This document shows positions 8,065 to 19,159 of a stretch of 30,116 nucleotides of DNA, one piece after another. How positions within the stretch are numbered: position 1 is the stretch's first letter; every line of letters starts with the position of its first letter. Location of the stretch: contig JBAXGN010000091.1 in assembly GCA_037139415.1 (NCBI GenBank), positions 1 to 30,116 on the forward strand, written 5' to 3'. The notes beneath the pieces are model-generated. The model searched no databases. It was not told where the DNA came from and worked only from the letters and a program-made list of their open reading frames with translations. The position numbers and the translations under genes are program-made. This DNA comes from Verrucomicrobiota bacterium. Its GTDB lineage: Bacteria; Verrucomicrobiota; Verrucomicrobiia; Limisphaerales; Fontisphaeraceae.

Positions 8065-11000
8065 TCACGGCTTACCCTCCAGCGCGCCGGCGTCCCGTTT
8101 GCCCGTCGGCGTTTGCCCGCAGAAGTCGCGCCCGGACGGCCCGGTGAATTCCCAGGCATACAACTCTTCGATGGTAGTTTTGGCGTCGGTGAGCGTCCCC
8201 AATGCGATGCGCAGAAATTCCATGGTGCCGGCCAGGCAGCGCCCGGACCGGGTGCCGCCCACCTGCAGGTCACTCGCATTGGCAAGCGACGGGCCGGGAC
8301 CAAAACCAGTGCCCGTGGCATCTGCCCGGCCATCCACGTAGAGTGCCAGCGTGCCCGCTTTGCGGTCCGCTTCGGCGATGAGGTGATGCCAATTCCCATC
8401 ATTGAGCTTAGCGGTGGTGTCCAGGTGCTGCTCTTTGTTGGCGGCTTTCAGGGTGAAACGCGCGCGCCCCTCGGCGGTGATCATCAACCCATAACCGGTG
8501 CTATCGCATTTTTCCGCCAGCACGCCTCCGGTGTGTCCCGGTTCGGTGCGGAAATACGTCTCGATCAGGAAGCTGGATTGCTGCACCTGCGGGCTGGGAA
8601 AACTGTCGCTCGTCTCCGCTCCATCCGCCGCACTGGCCGGGATGGTGTGACGCGTGATTTTGGTGTTGTCATCAAAGTTGCCGGTGGGCGATAGCCACAC
8701 GGTGAGCACATAGGTGCCGAGGTCCGGTTTGGCTTTGGGGGTGAAACGCAGGGAATGCAAACCGGCGGTGGCAGGCTGGGCGTTGCCGCCATAGGCGTTC
8801 ATGCCGCCAAACTTGCCATTGTTCCGTACCCAGTGCAGGTCGGCGCGCAATTTCATTCCCGGCTGATCCTGAAGCAGCGTCAGTTTGGCGGTGAACGTCT
8901 GTTCCGGAACAAGCTGTTCCGGCGCCTCGATTTTGAGCCAGTCGCTGGGCGTATTTTTCGGAGCGGCGACCGCCTTGGTGGAGGTGCGAGTGACCGTGCC
9001 GCCGCTGGACCACACCGCGTATTGGTTGCGCCCGTTGAATTTCAGTGCGCCGGGCGTCCAATCCTCCAGCGGCCCCTCGATATAATCGGCGGCGGTGACG
9101 TTGGTGGCGCGCAGCGGATAAACCGGCTGGCGCAGGTAAGAGGTGCGATCCGTGTAATGCGGTGCGAGGTAAAAGTGCTCGTCGGGAATCAGCGCGGGAT
9201 CATTGCCCACATGATGGAAAGTCCACTCGCCCACTACGGCCGAGAGCGCCCACGGGACAAACACCTTGACGCCGCGATCAGCCGCCGCGGCGGTGGGGCG
9301 GAAGTCATGCTGGGCCGGTGCCCGCAAGAGCGATGCGGCCGCGATGTCGCCCACTTGGCCGATGGAGCCGCGGGCGGCGAGTGCCTTCCGGAAGGGATCC
9401 AAGCCGGGATACCAGCGGCCCGACGGCTCGAATACAGCGAAGCGTTCCGGTACCCCGGAAAACATATTGTTGGCGTAGGCATTGGATTCATGTTCAAAGC
9501 TGGACTTCTGCGCGCCCGCATCGGCGGCGTTCGGATCGGCCATCACGTCTTTGGGATCGGCATGGCGAAAGACCATGTGCCCCATGTCCTGCCAGATATT
9601 CCCGAGATACTTGTTGCGGCCCGAGTCCGGCGCCTGGCGGCGCGAGCCGACCACAAAATTATAGATCGTGTTGTTAAAGATCGAGGTCAGGTAGCCGTAA
9701 ATTTCCTGGAAGGCGGCAGTGTTGCCCAGCGGACCGAGGGGATCGTTGGATTTTCCCCAGGCGATGTTGTTGAAGTAATACTGCTTGTACCCGCCATCCA
9801 TGTAATAGGCGTGGCCAAAGCGGGCGTTGGTGGGTTTGCCGGCATGCAGCAGCAGCCCCCATTTCTTGAAGCCGCCGGGATTCCCGGAAATATTGTCGAA
9901 CACATACGCCGGGCCGCCCTGCCAGGTTTCAATCCCGCCCCAGTCATTGTTGTTGAGCAGGGAATCGGTGACTTTGTTGTGATGAATCAGGATGCGCGAC
10001 AGCGGGCGATCCACTTTGGAGCCGGAACGCTTGCCGCCATAGACGAAGATGCCGGAGCCATACAGGCGATCGAGGATATTCCCGGCCACCTCGGCGGTCT
10101 CCGCGCAATCCACCTCGATGGCGTGTCCCTGGCCATAGCGGGTCGGGCGCAAGCCGATTTGGTAAAGCCGGTTGCGCAGCACCTGGACGTCCAGCAGCCG
10201 GGCAGTGTGGTAGTCCTTGCCCCATTCCCCGCCATCCTGCAACCAGATGGCCCCGTGATCCGTCCACCGGATGTCGTTGTCACGAATCACCACCCGATCC
10301 ACCACACTCGCTTCGCCCGTGCTTTTCAGGCGGACGGGCATGTGGACATGCTCAAAGACACAGTTGGCGATGACGATGTCCGATCCGGAGCCGAGCAGGC
10401 GGATGCAGGCAGGGTCCACATCCCGGTGCTGGGTGGGCGGCGCATCCAGGTTCCAATACGTGTTGACGAAGCGGAAGGTCAGTCCGCTGATCTGCACGTG
10501 CTGCAGGTTGGTGCTCTCGATCAGGCTCAGGTGTCGCGCTGCTTCCACGCGCGCCGTGTTGGGATCCGCATCACCGGGCAGGCGGAGATAAAGACGGCCG
10601 CCCTTGTTTTTGCGGTCGAACCAGAATTCCCCGGCCTCATCGAGGTAGTGCGGCTTGTCTTCCAAGAAGTAACGGGCGTGGCGCGGCATGTGATAGGAGT
10701 CGGCCGTGTCGCCCCACTGGCCGCCAAAGGCCAGCGCGCGCTGTTCCGGGAAAAACGCCTGAACCCGGGTGGGATACGGCGTGCCCATCACCCAGCCATA
10801 TTCCGGCCAGACATAAGCGCCCTGGTAATACGCCGGTGTGTTCGTGAGATGCACGGTGTCCACGCCCAGGTGCAGCGCCCGGCCATTATTCGTGGTCAAC
10901 TGGCCCCATGCATTTTTCGGGTTATCCCAAGCCCACCATTCGCTTTTGATATCATCCGGGTCGGTGACCTTCCAGTTGGGCGTGCGCGCCAGCGTGAGGC

Positions 11001-11538
11001 GTGTGACGGTACCATCCGTGGCCACGCTCCACACGTTGCGCGGGGTAAAATCGAGATCGGCATACCAGACCTTGTCCGCATTCGGAATATCCGGTTGCGT
11101 TGCGCCGCGCTGCCAGCGCGTCACCAATTCTGAGCCGCAAAGGACCGCCGGTCCCTGGCCCCAGTTGGGATCGCTGGTCAGCCGGATGGGGTTGCCCGCC
11201 TCACCGGAATCCCGGGTATTCAGTGTGCCCCGATATGCCACACCGCCCTTGAATACATAAGTGTGAATGCCGGAACCGGCTTGGGCGTTGGCAGTGGCAT
11301 TCGGATCCCATGGATGATGTTTCCACGGCTTAGCCTGGGTGCCGGGATTTGTGTCGTCGCCGGATGCAAAATCAATATGACGCACCGACGCACCCTTTTC
11401 GAATACGAACGGCTGCGGGGTCCATTCGAGATCGCCGGTGGGCACGACTTTGGCGTGTGGCTGTTGCCAGGAATACGTGGCCGCCAGAGTGGTGCCGGCC
11501 AGCCATAATGCCTGCAAAGAAAGCAGCGTTGGTCTCAT
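8065..11538 (-). CDS. large secreted right-handed beta-helix (pectin-lyase-fold) protein with C-terminal LamG/concanavalin A-like lectin domain; probable polysaccharide-active enzyme
   Basis: ~1157 aa from the ATG at 11538. Signal peptide MRPTLLSLQALWLAGTTLAATYSW. Repeated beta-helix-like segments in the middle. C-terminal ...GYGLMITAEGRARFTLKAANKEQHLDTTAKLNDGNWHHLIAEADRKAGTLALYVDG is LamG-like. The ORF-track start at 11625 lies upstream of the signal peptide and is unlikely. Confidence 0.8.
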   Translation of the reverse strand: MRPTLLSLQALWLAGTTLAATYSWQQPHAKVVPTGDLEWTPQPFVFEKGASVRHIDFASGDDTNPGTQAKPWKHHPWDPNATANAQAGSGIHTYVFKGGVAYRGTLNTRDSGEAGNPIRLTSDPNWGQGPAVLCGSELVTRWQRGATQPDIPNADKVWYADLDFTPRNVWSVATDGTVTRLTLARTPNWKVTDPDDIKSEWWAWDNPKNAWGQLTTNNGRALHLGVDTVHLTNTPAYYQGAYVWPEYGWVMGTPYPTRVQAFFPEQRALAFGGQWGDTADSYHMPRHARYFLEDKPHYLDEAGEFWFDRKNKGGRLYLRLPGDADPNTARVEAARHLSLIESTNLQHVQISGLTFRFVNTYWNLDAPPTQHRDVDPACIRLLGSGSDIVIANCVFEHVHMPVRLKSTGEASVVDRVVIRDNDIRWTDHGAIWLQDGGEWGKDYHTARLLDVQVLRNRLYQIGLRPTRYGQGHAIEVDCAETAEVAGNILDRLYGSGIFVYGGKRSGSKVDRPLSRILIHHNKVTDSLLNNNDWGGIETWQGGPAYVFDNISGNPGGFKKWGLLLHAGKPTNARFGHAYYMDGGYKQYYFNNIAWGKSNDPLGPLGNTAAFQEIYGYLTSIFNNTIYNFVVGSRRQAPDSGRNKYLGNIWQDMGHMVFRHADPKDVMADPNAADAGAQKSSFEHESNAYANNMFSGVPERFAVFEPSGRWYPGLDPFRKALAARGSIGQVGDIAAASLLRAPAQHDFRPTAAAADRGVKVFVPWALSAVVGEWTFHHVGNDPALIPDEHFYLAPHYTDRTSYLRQPVYPLRATNVTAADYIEGPLEDWTPGALKFNGRNQYAVWSSGGTVTRTSTKAVAAPKNTPSDWLKIEAPEQLVPEQTFTAKLTLLQDQPGMKLRADLHWVRNNGKFGGMNAYGGNAQPATAGLHSLRFTPKAKPDLGTYVLTVWLSPTGNFDDNTKITRHTIPASAADGAETSDSFPSPQVQQSSFLIETYFRTEPGHTGGVLAEKCDSTGYGLMITAEGRARFTLKAANKEQHLDTTAKLNDGNWHHLIAEADRKAGTLALYVDGRADATGTGFGPGPSLANASDLQVGGTRSGRCLAGTMEFLRIALGTLTDAKTTIEELYAWEFTGPSGRDFCGQTPTGKRDAGALEGKP

Positions 11539-11646
11539 GCGGATAGGTGTATCAGGAATTCCCGTGCGGCCAATCAAAAACGAACCCTCCCCAGAAACTT
11601 CGTAGCCGACGACGTCAGTCGGCACATAAATTGGTAGTTCAAGGGC

Positions 11647-14185
<2,539 letters not shown>

Positions 14186-14193
<8 letters not shown>

Positions 14194-15292
14194 TGGGATG
14201 CCTCTTGATGACTTCCCAGTGACCGGCCTTGTCGGAGCCCACGCGCTTGATCCGGCCCTGTTCACGGAGAACCTTGAGGTGTCGCTTGATGGTTTTGTCG
14301 GTTACGCCCAGCGTGAGTGCCATCTTCTGCGCCGTGGCTTTAGGATTGGCCCGCACCAGAATCAGAATTTTGTCCCGGATCTCGTTTACAGGGACATTTA
14401 CAGGGACATTTACAGGGACATCTTCCGTGATGCTTTCCCGGCTCTCCGTCGCCACATCAATGAACTTATACAGCGAATTCCCAATGGCATCGAGCATGAA
14501 GCTGATGAACGGACGACAGTCCACCGCGCCTGCCTGCGAATCCTGCAGCGCCTGGTAGTAAAGCGCTTGGTTGTGGTGGACCAGGGTTTCCACCGGCATC
14601 CAGGCAAACAGCGGATTCCATCGGGAAAGGACCAAGGTCTGCCACAGCCGCCCGATTCTGCCGTTGCCGTCGAGGAAGGGATGGATGTTTTCCAGCATGT
14701 AGTGGACGGCAGAACTCTTGATGAGCGGGTGCGCTTCGCTGGCCTTCCCCCAGTGCAGGAGCTGCTCGACGAGGGCGGGCACCTGTTTCGCCGGGGCACC
14801 GCGATGCATCACCGCGCCATCGCCGCGCACGACGGCCACGCCGACCGTCCGGAACTGGCCCGACTCCCCGATGAGTGCATCGGTCAGGTGCGCGTGGGCT
14901 TTCAGCAAGTCGCTCACCGACCAGGGCTCATAGTCAGTCATTTCGTTGTAGGCATGCCACGCGTTCTGCACCTCCTTGATGTCCTTGGGCGGCCCCCAGA
15001 CCGGCTTGCCGTTGATGACATCGGTGACCTGGCCCAAGGTGAGCTGGTTGCCTTCGATGGCGGTGGAGGCATGGATCGAGAGAATGCGATTGAGTTTGCG
15101 CAGGTGCAACACATCGCCGGACTGTTCCTCCCTGATTTTGACGCGCTCGAGCAGGGCGTGAATCTCGCCGATCTTTTCATGCCATCCTGGGGCTTCCGTG
15201 TAGAACTGTTCCAGCGGCTTCACGGTCTTGTCTCCTTTGGTTTGCCACCAGGTCCGGACAAGCGCTGTTTCACCTCGTGCGTAGTCTGCCAC
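14186..15292 (-). CDS. Fic/Doc family protein (class II Fic, N-terminal inhibitory motif) with C-terminal winged-HTH domain; start uncertain
   Basis: Fic active-site motif HPFLDGNGRIGR. Upstream STAIEG matches the (S/T)xxxE(G/N) autoinhibition motif. C-terminal RANPKATAQKMALTLGVTDKTIKRHLKVLREQGRIKRVG is a wHTH. Contains an in-frame VPVN x3 tandem repeat. Confidence 0.8.
14385..14420 (-). repeat. perfect 12 bp x 3 tandem repeat (TTTACAGGGACA) inside the Fic coding sequence, encoding VPVN-VPVN-VPVN in the linker before the wHTH
   Basis: Direct reading of the sequence; in frame. Confidence 0.9.
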
Positions 15293-15399
15293 ACCTTGTG
15301 CAACCCCTTGTGCGCCTTGTCAGCGATGGCGTAGGCGTAGATGCGCAACCGGGTTTCCGGCTTCGGCGCAAGGATTTCTTCGATGGTGGGTTTACTCAT
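15220..15399 (-). pseudogene. duplicated N-terminal fragment of the T5orf172-helicase gene (59-codon ORF MSKPTIEEILAPKPETRLRIYAYAIADKAHKGLHKVWQTT...), junction repeat copy 2
   Basis: Begins with the same ATGAGTAA overlap on the DUF1016 stop. Its first 40 codons are near-identical to the helicase N-terminus, after which it diverges and stops. It overlaps the annotated Fic start region. Confidence 0.7.
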
Positions 15400-16597
15400 C
15401 GTTGCGGTCCTCTAGGGTGGCCTCCTGCAGCCGCCGCTCCTTCTCGATCTCCAGTCGGAGTTGTTCTTCCGTTGGCAGGCAAAGCATGTATTTAGAGGCG
15501 AAGATCTGCTTGCGATCGCTCAGCACCGAATAGCGGGCCACGGTCTCGTTCTTTTCAGTGCAGAGAATGAGCCCGATTGTCGGGTTATCGTCCGGCGCGA
15601 TGAACAGGCCGTCATACATCCGCACGTAGCCGTCCATCTGGCCGACATCCGCATGGGTCAATTCCCCCACCTTGAGGTCAATCAGAAGGTAGAACTTCAG
15701 CCGGCAGTGATAGAATACCAGGTCAATGTAGCGGTCCTGCTCCTCGATGCGGACATGCTTCTGCCGGGCGACGAAGGCGAACCCGCTGCCCAGCTCCAGC
15801 AGGAAGCGTTGCAGATGGGTGATAATGGCCCGCTCCAGATCCGACTCGTGAAACGCCGCCCGATCCGGCAGCCCCAGAAACTCCAGCACATACGGATGCT
15901 TCAACGCCTCGCCGGCCGGAACGGCGGGAACGGGCAGCTTGCGTCCCTCCGCGAGCATCTTCTCGGGCTTGCGGCTTTTGAGGATGCGCTCGTAATAGAA
16001 CGATTGAATCTGCCGCTCCAACGTGCGCTTGTCCCACCCACCCGCGACCGCCTCGCGCTCATAGAAATCCCGCGCCTCAAGGTTTTTCACGCGCATCAGC
16101 GCGCGGTAATGCGACCAGGAAAGCTGGGGCGAGAAACCTGCCAGGGATTCGCTACCCGCTGGATAGCCCTTCCTGGACCGGGCCAATTCTATCCCCAACG
16201 GGGAGAGAATTTCGGGTTCCGAAGATTCAGTACCCGTTGGGTACGGAATTCCCATCGCCGAAGATTGTGCGCCCATTGGGCGCACAATTCTAAGCCGCTC
16301 ACTGTAAACGAGATAAAACTGTTTGAATGACTTGATGTTTCGTCCAGAGAATCCCTCCCCATACCGCTCCGTCAGCCGTGCAGACAGAACCTCGACCACC
16401 TTTTTGCCATACTCCGCCCGCGCCGCGCCGCCCTGCAATTCCTGGACGATCTCGCGCCCGATCAGCCAGTAGGCCAGCACCATGTTGCTGTTCACCGCCC
16501 GGACCACATTGCCACGCGCCTGCTCCAGAATGGAAACCACGCGCTCAAAAAGCGCTTCCGGCTTTTTCGCGGCAATTTTTTGCTTTGGCTTGGTCAT
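15392..16597 (-). CDS. DUF1016 (YhcG-like) PDDEXK-family nuclease domain protein
   Basis: 401 aa. YhcG N-domain. LSWSHYRALMRV...FYEREAVAGGWDKRTLERQI. ELGSGFAFVARQ...IDLVFYHCRLKFYLLIDLKVGELTHADVGQM (PD-(D/E)xK core). Contains an unusual in-frame palindrome-rich insert (16171-16290). Confidence 0.85.
   Translation of the reverse strand: MTKPKQKIAAKKPEALFERVVSILEQARGNVVRAVNSNMVLAYWLIGREIVQELQGGAARAEYGKKVVEVLSARLTERYGEGFSGRNIKSFKQFYLVYSERLRIVRPMGAQSSAMGIPYPTGTESSEPEILSPLGIELARSRKGYPAGSESLAGFSPQLSWSHYRALMRVKNLEARDFYEREAVAGGWDKRTLERQIQSFYYERILKSRKPEKMLAEGRKLPVPAVPAGEALKHPYVLEFLGLPDRAAFHESDLERAIITHLQRFLLELGSGFAFVARQKHVRIEEQDRYIDLVFYHCRLKFYLLIDLKVGELTHADVGQMDGYVRMYDGLFIAPDDNPTIGLILCTEKNETVARYSVLSDRKQIFASKYMLCLPTEEQLRLEIEKERRLQEATLEDRNDE
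16171..16290. repeat. cluster of three hairpin palindromes (CCCCAACGGGG; GTACCCGTTGGGTAC; ATTGTGCGCCCATTGGGCGCACAAT) with AATTC-flanked ~33 bp sub-repeats, embedded in frame in the DUF1016 linker region
   Basis: Direct reading. Encodes the low-complexity insert GIPYPTGTESSEPEILSPLGIELARSRKGYPAGSESLAG. The CCCCAACGGGG hairpin also occurs in REP copy A. Confidence 0.7.
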
Positions 16598-16620
16598 CGT
16601 TGGTCTCCAATCTTGGTTTC

Positions 16621-16720
16621 AGCCCCAACGGGGCGGGCTACGTCAGCCCAGGGCAACGCCCTGGGAACCGGGTCAAACCAAACCCACCAGCCCTGAAAGG
16701 GCGGCCCAACGCGCCGTTTA
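16621..16720 (+). repeat. REP-like palindromic element, solo copy A (hairpins CCCCAACGGGG, CCCAGGGCAACGCCCTGGG, GCCCTGAAAGGGC)
   Basis: About 85% identical over ~75 bp to copies at 18524-18621 (same orientation) and 19073-19158 (inverted). Confidence 0.8.
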
Positions 16721-16728
16721 ATCGCACT

Positions 16729-16836
16729 CTGCACCCGCACTTCCACCCCGTCGCCGCCGGTCTGGTAGGCGAAGGTTAGAAATTCCGCCGTGCTGTTGCG
16801 GATGCGCACACTGTTCGGTGATTGCTTTTTAGGCAT
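16729..16836 (-). pseudogene. RhuM-family N-terminal fragment (~35 codons) truncated by REP copy A
   Basis: MPKKQSPNSVRIRNSTAEFLTFAYQTGGDGVEV parallels the RhuM start at 19570 (KKSTAVSLVRSSAAEYLTFVAASGQGGVEAV). The reading frame then runs into the REP sequence. Confidence 0.55.
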
Positions 16837-16850
16837 GGGTGTCTCCGTGT

Positions 16851-16892
16851 CTATGGCTTCGGCGCCAGAATTTCTTCGATGGGTTTACTCAT
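16851..16892 (-). pseudogene. junction repeat copy 3: 13-codon relic of the T5orf172-helicase N-terminus (MSKPIEEILAPKP*) overlapping the MTase stop as ATGAGTAA
   Basis: Sequence atgagtaaacccatcgaagaaattctggcgccgaagccatag directly follows the MTase stop at 16885. Confidence 0.7.
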
Positions 16893-18471
16893 CGCTGTCG
16901 CCTTCGGCCATTGGGCGGATCATTGACTCAATGAAGGCGATTTCATCCTTCGTGAGCTTGTATTTTTGATAGAGGAGAGCGTCTGTCCATTTGCGACTCC
17001 ACTGCTGCTGCGGAAGCCATGAATACGTTCCCCGCGGCAAATCTTGCGTAATCTTCCGCAACGAAATGAGAAAGCGCGCAAATCGAGTGCGAAGATATGC
17101 GTCGCAACTCACCGCCTCTGTCTCGGATGAGAAAGGCCCGGCAACGACGTAAGTCTGAGTGCAGACAGAGTGTGGGCCAGCGACAACCCTAGGACCAAGG
17201 ACGTTCGCAGGGATCGCTCCACGCTCTCCGTATGCTTTCGGGAGAAGCAATTTCCAAACGGGAATGAGATGCCTGTTTTTTGTGACTGATGAATCTTTTA
17301 TCCAGCCGACTACGCGCTTCTGGTTAACGGACACGTGTAACTTGATGGCGCTCTTGAAGGGCTTCTCCTCGAAATCCTCGAAGTTCGTGGCGAGCCCGAA
17401 TGGCGTGTCTCCGCTCACGAGGTCTGCCACCGAAAGTTCATTCAAGCGTTGAACTTTCTTCAAAATGCTAACCGCACGCGTGTCTCGCACGAAGATGTCG
17501 AACTCATCCAGCTTGCGAGCAACAGGCTGCTGCTGTTCGTCTCCAAGCACGAGACTATATTTGCAGTCGCCTTGATGATTTCCGTCCCATAAGAAGTAAC
17601 CAACCCCACCTTCAAAATCTACGCCCGGAAATGCAGTGGACATCTTCGTGTAATCAACAAGGTGGCTGATGTGTCCGCCGGTAAGCATGGACTTTCGGAA
17701 CTCGTCCATGCCGCGTCCACCGGCCAGCCACCTTGACGGGATCACCATGCTCAGGAAGCGCGGGTCGAGCTTCAGCGCCTGCTCTACAAAAAGGTGGTAG
17801 ATCGAGGAGTCGCTCGAACCGCCTGCACCACCCTTCATTTGATACGGTGGATTTCCGATGATAACGTCGAATTGCATGTTGCCTCCAAATATCTCGGCGA
17901 GCCGAGTCTTGATGTTGTCGGTGTGAATGAACGCGTAGGCGTGGGTTTCAAGGCCTTTGGCCCGATCAAAAACGGATCGTCCGGCCCCACAATACTCGCA
18001 CTTGTCCCCATCCCAGGTGTGTTCCATGCGCTGAAACCAGATATTCCCATCATCGCTGGTGAAAGATTTGGCGATGGAGTGCTCACCTTTGGCGTGCTTG
18101 GAGCAATACACACTCCGGCGCGCCAGCAGGCTGGTGATTTGCGTGATGCCGATGCCGAACACCTGCTTTGTCAGGATGTGGTTCACGCGCTTCTGGAGAA
18201 CGGGAATCTCGCCCTCCAATCCCTTGGTGAGGCGGTTGGTGATCTCGCGCAGGAACACCCCGGATTTTGTGCAGGGATCCAGGAACTTCACCGTCTTGTC
18301 CGCCCATATATTTGCGCCATTGTTGTTCGCCGCCCACGCCTCGGTCAGCGTGTCCAGCATCCGGTTCGCGAACTCGGGCGGCGTGAACACCTCATCATTG
18401 GAGAGATTCGCGATGCACGTCAATACATCCGGGTTGCGGCCGCGCAGGGTGAATGACGCTTGTTCATTCAT
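16885..18471 (-). CDS. N6-adenine DNA methyltransferase, gamma class (motif order X-I-IV; M.TaqI/Eco57I-like) with ~300 aa C-terminal putative target-recognition region
   Basis: Start MNEQASF at 18471 with an AGGAG-like RBS. Motif X DEVFTPPEF, motif I FLDPCTKSGVFL, motif IV DVIIGNPPYQ. The ORF-track start at 18501 is less likely. Confidence 0.85.
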   Translation of the reverse strand: MNEQASFTLRGRNPDVLTCIANLSNDEVFTPPEFANRMLDTLTEAWAANNNGANIWADKTVKFLDPCTKSGVFLREITNRLTKGLEGEIPVLQKRVNHILTKQVFGIGITQITSLLARRSVYCSKHAKGEHSIAKSFTSDDGNIWFQRMEHTWDGDKCEYCGAGRSVFDRAKGLETHAYAFIHTDNIKTRLAEIFGGNMQFDVIIGNPPYQMKGGAGGSSDSSIYHLFVEQALKLDPRFLSMVIPSRWLAGGRGMDEFRKSMLTGGHISHLVDYTKMSTAFPGVDFEGGVGYFLWDGNHQGDCKYSLVLGDEQQQPVARKLDEFDIFVRDTRAVSILKKVQRLNELSVADLVSGDTPFGLATNFEDFEEKPFKSAIKLHVSVNQKRVVGWIKDSSVTKNRHLIPVWKLLLPKAYGERGAIPANVLGPRVVAGPHSVCTQTYVVAGPFSSETEAVSCDAYLRTRFARFLISLRKITQDLPRGTYSWLPQQQWSRKWTDALLYQKYKLTKDEIAFIESMIRPMAEGDSDE

Positions 18472-18523
18472 GGTTTCTCGTCTCCTGCCTGCCGTGGCCA
18501 ATTAAGCCCGAACTCCGAAGTTG

Positions 18524-18621
18524 CAGGCCAAAGGCCTGACCCATGCCAGCCCAGGGCAACGCCCTGGGAACCGGGACAAACAAAATCCACCAGCCCTGAA
18601 GGGGCGGCCCAACGCGCCGTT
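18524..18621 (+). repeat. REP-like element copy B (3' flank of RAYT gene)
   Basis: ggccaaaggcc hairpin, then cccagggcaacgccctggg and ccagccctgaaggggcggcccaacgcgccgtt. Confidence 0.8.
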
Positions 18622-19070
18622 CAATCCCACACATACCGTTCATCGAACACCACGCCGTGGCGTTCCAAAAACGCACGGTATTCCTCCTGGAACGATTTGC
18701 GCCGGTGGTGTTCCGGCTGGCGGGCGATGTAATCGCGGACGGATGGCACGTTGGATTCGCTGACGGCAAACGCCCCGTAACCCGCCTGCCACGCGAAAGA
18801 ACCCAATTCCATTCCCTGCGTTTTAATCCATTTGGAAGAGGTTTTTTTGACCTCTTCCACCGCCTGGCTGACCGAGACCGTGCGGGCAAGTTCAAAAAGG
18901 ATGTGGACATGATCGGCCACGGAGTTGATAAGCACGGGCGCGCAGCCAAGGTTTTGGAGCACGGCCATGTAGGCGTGCAGGGAATCACGAACGGCGTCAG
19001 TGATGAGGCGCTCGCGATGTTTGGTGCTGAAGATGAGATGGACGTGGAGACGCGCGAGGGATTGAGGCAT
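18621..19070 (-). CDS. REP-associated tyrosine transposase (RAYT), IS200/IS605 TnpA-like HUH Y1 transposase
   Basis: 149 aa. HUH motif HVHLIF. Catalytic Tyr region DYIARQ. Size and motifs are typical of RAYT/TnpA_IS200. Flanked on both sides by inverted REP-like repeats. Confidence 0.8.
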   Translation of the reverse strand: MPQSLARLHVHLIFSTKHRERLITDAVRDSLHAYMAVLQNLGCAPVLINSVADHVHILFELARTVSVSQAVEEVKKTSSKWIKTQGMELGSFAWQAGYGAFAVSESNVPSVRDYIARQPEHHRRKSFQEEYRAFLERHGVVFDERYVWD

Positions 19071-19072
19071 GG

Positions 19073-19158
19073 GTTGGGCCGCCCTTTCAGGGCTGGTTTG
19101 GGGTTGCGGTTTGGATTCCCAGGGCGTTGCCCTGGGCTGGGCTTGGGCCGCGCCGTTG
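19073..19158 (-). repeat. REP-like element copy C (5' flank of RAYT gene, inverted relative to copy B)
   Basis: Reverse complement reads ...ggcccaagcc-cagcccagggcaacgccctggg...ccagccctgaaagggcggcccaac, directly abutting the RAYT ATG. Confidence 0.8.
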
Positions 19159-19159
19159 G

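Larger units (their letters stand above)
18524..19158 (-). mobile_element. REP-RAYT-REP unit (REPIN-like) inserted into a RhuM-family gene
   Basis: RAYT CDS bracketed by inverted REP copies B and C. The RhuM reading frame breaks exactly at copy C. Confidence 0.7.

Noticed and set aside
8755-11133. 792 aa ORF antisense to the secreted beta-helix gene, plus smaller ORFs 8041-8694, 7700-8341, 7902-8402
   Set aside because: GC-driven antisense or overlapping frames with Arg/Gly/Ala-rich composition. The opposite strand encodes a coherent secreted protein with a signal peptide and a LamG domain.
14385-14420. Possible CRISPR-like array
   Set aside because: Only three contiguous 12 bp units with no spacers, lying in frame inside the Fic CDS. 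It is a coding microsatellite, not CRISPR. No other CRISPR-like repeat-spacer structure was seen in the window.
15461-16330. 289 aa plus-strand ORF over DUF1016, and 17794-18456 over the MTase
   Set aside because: Antisense shadows of motif-supported genes.
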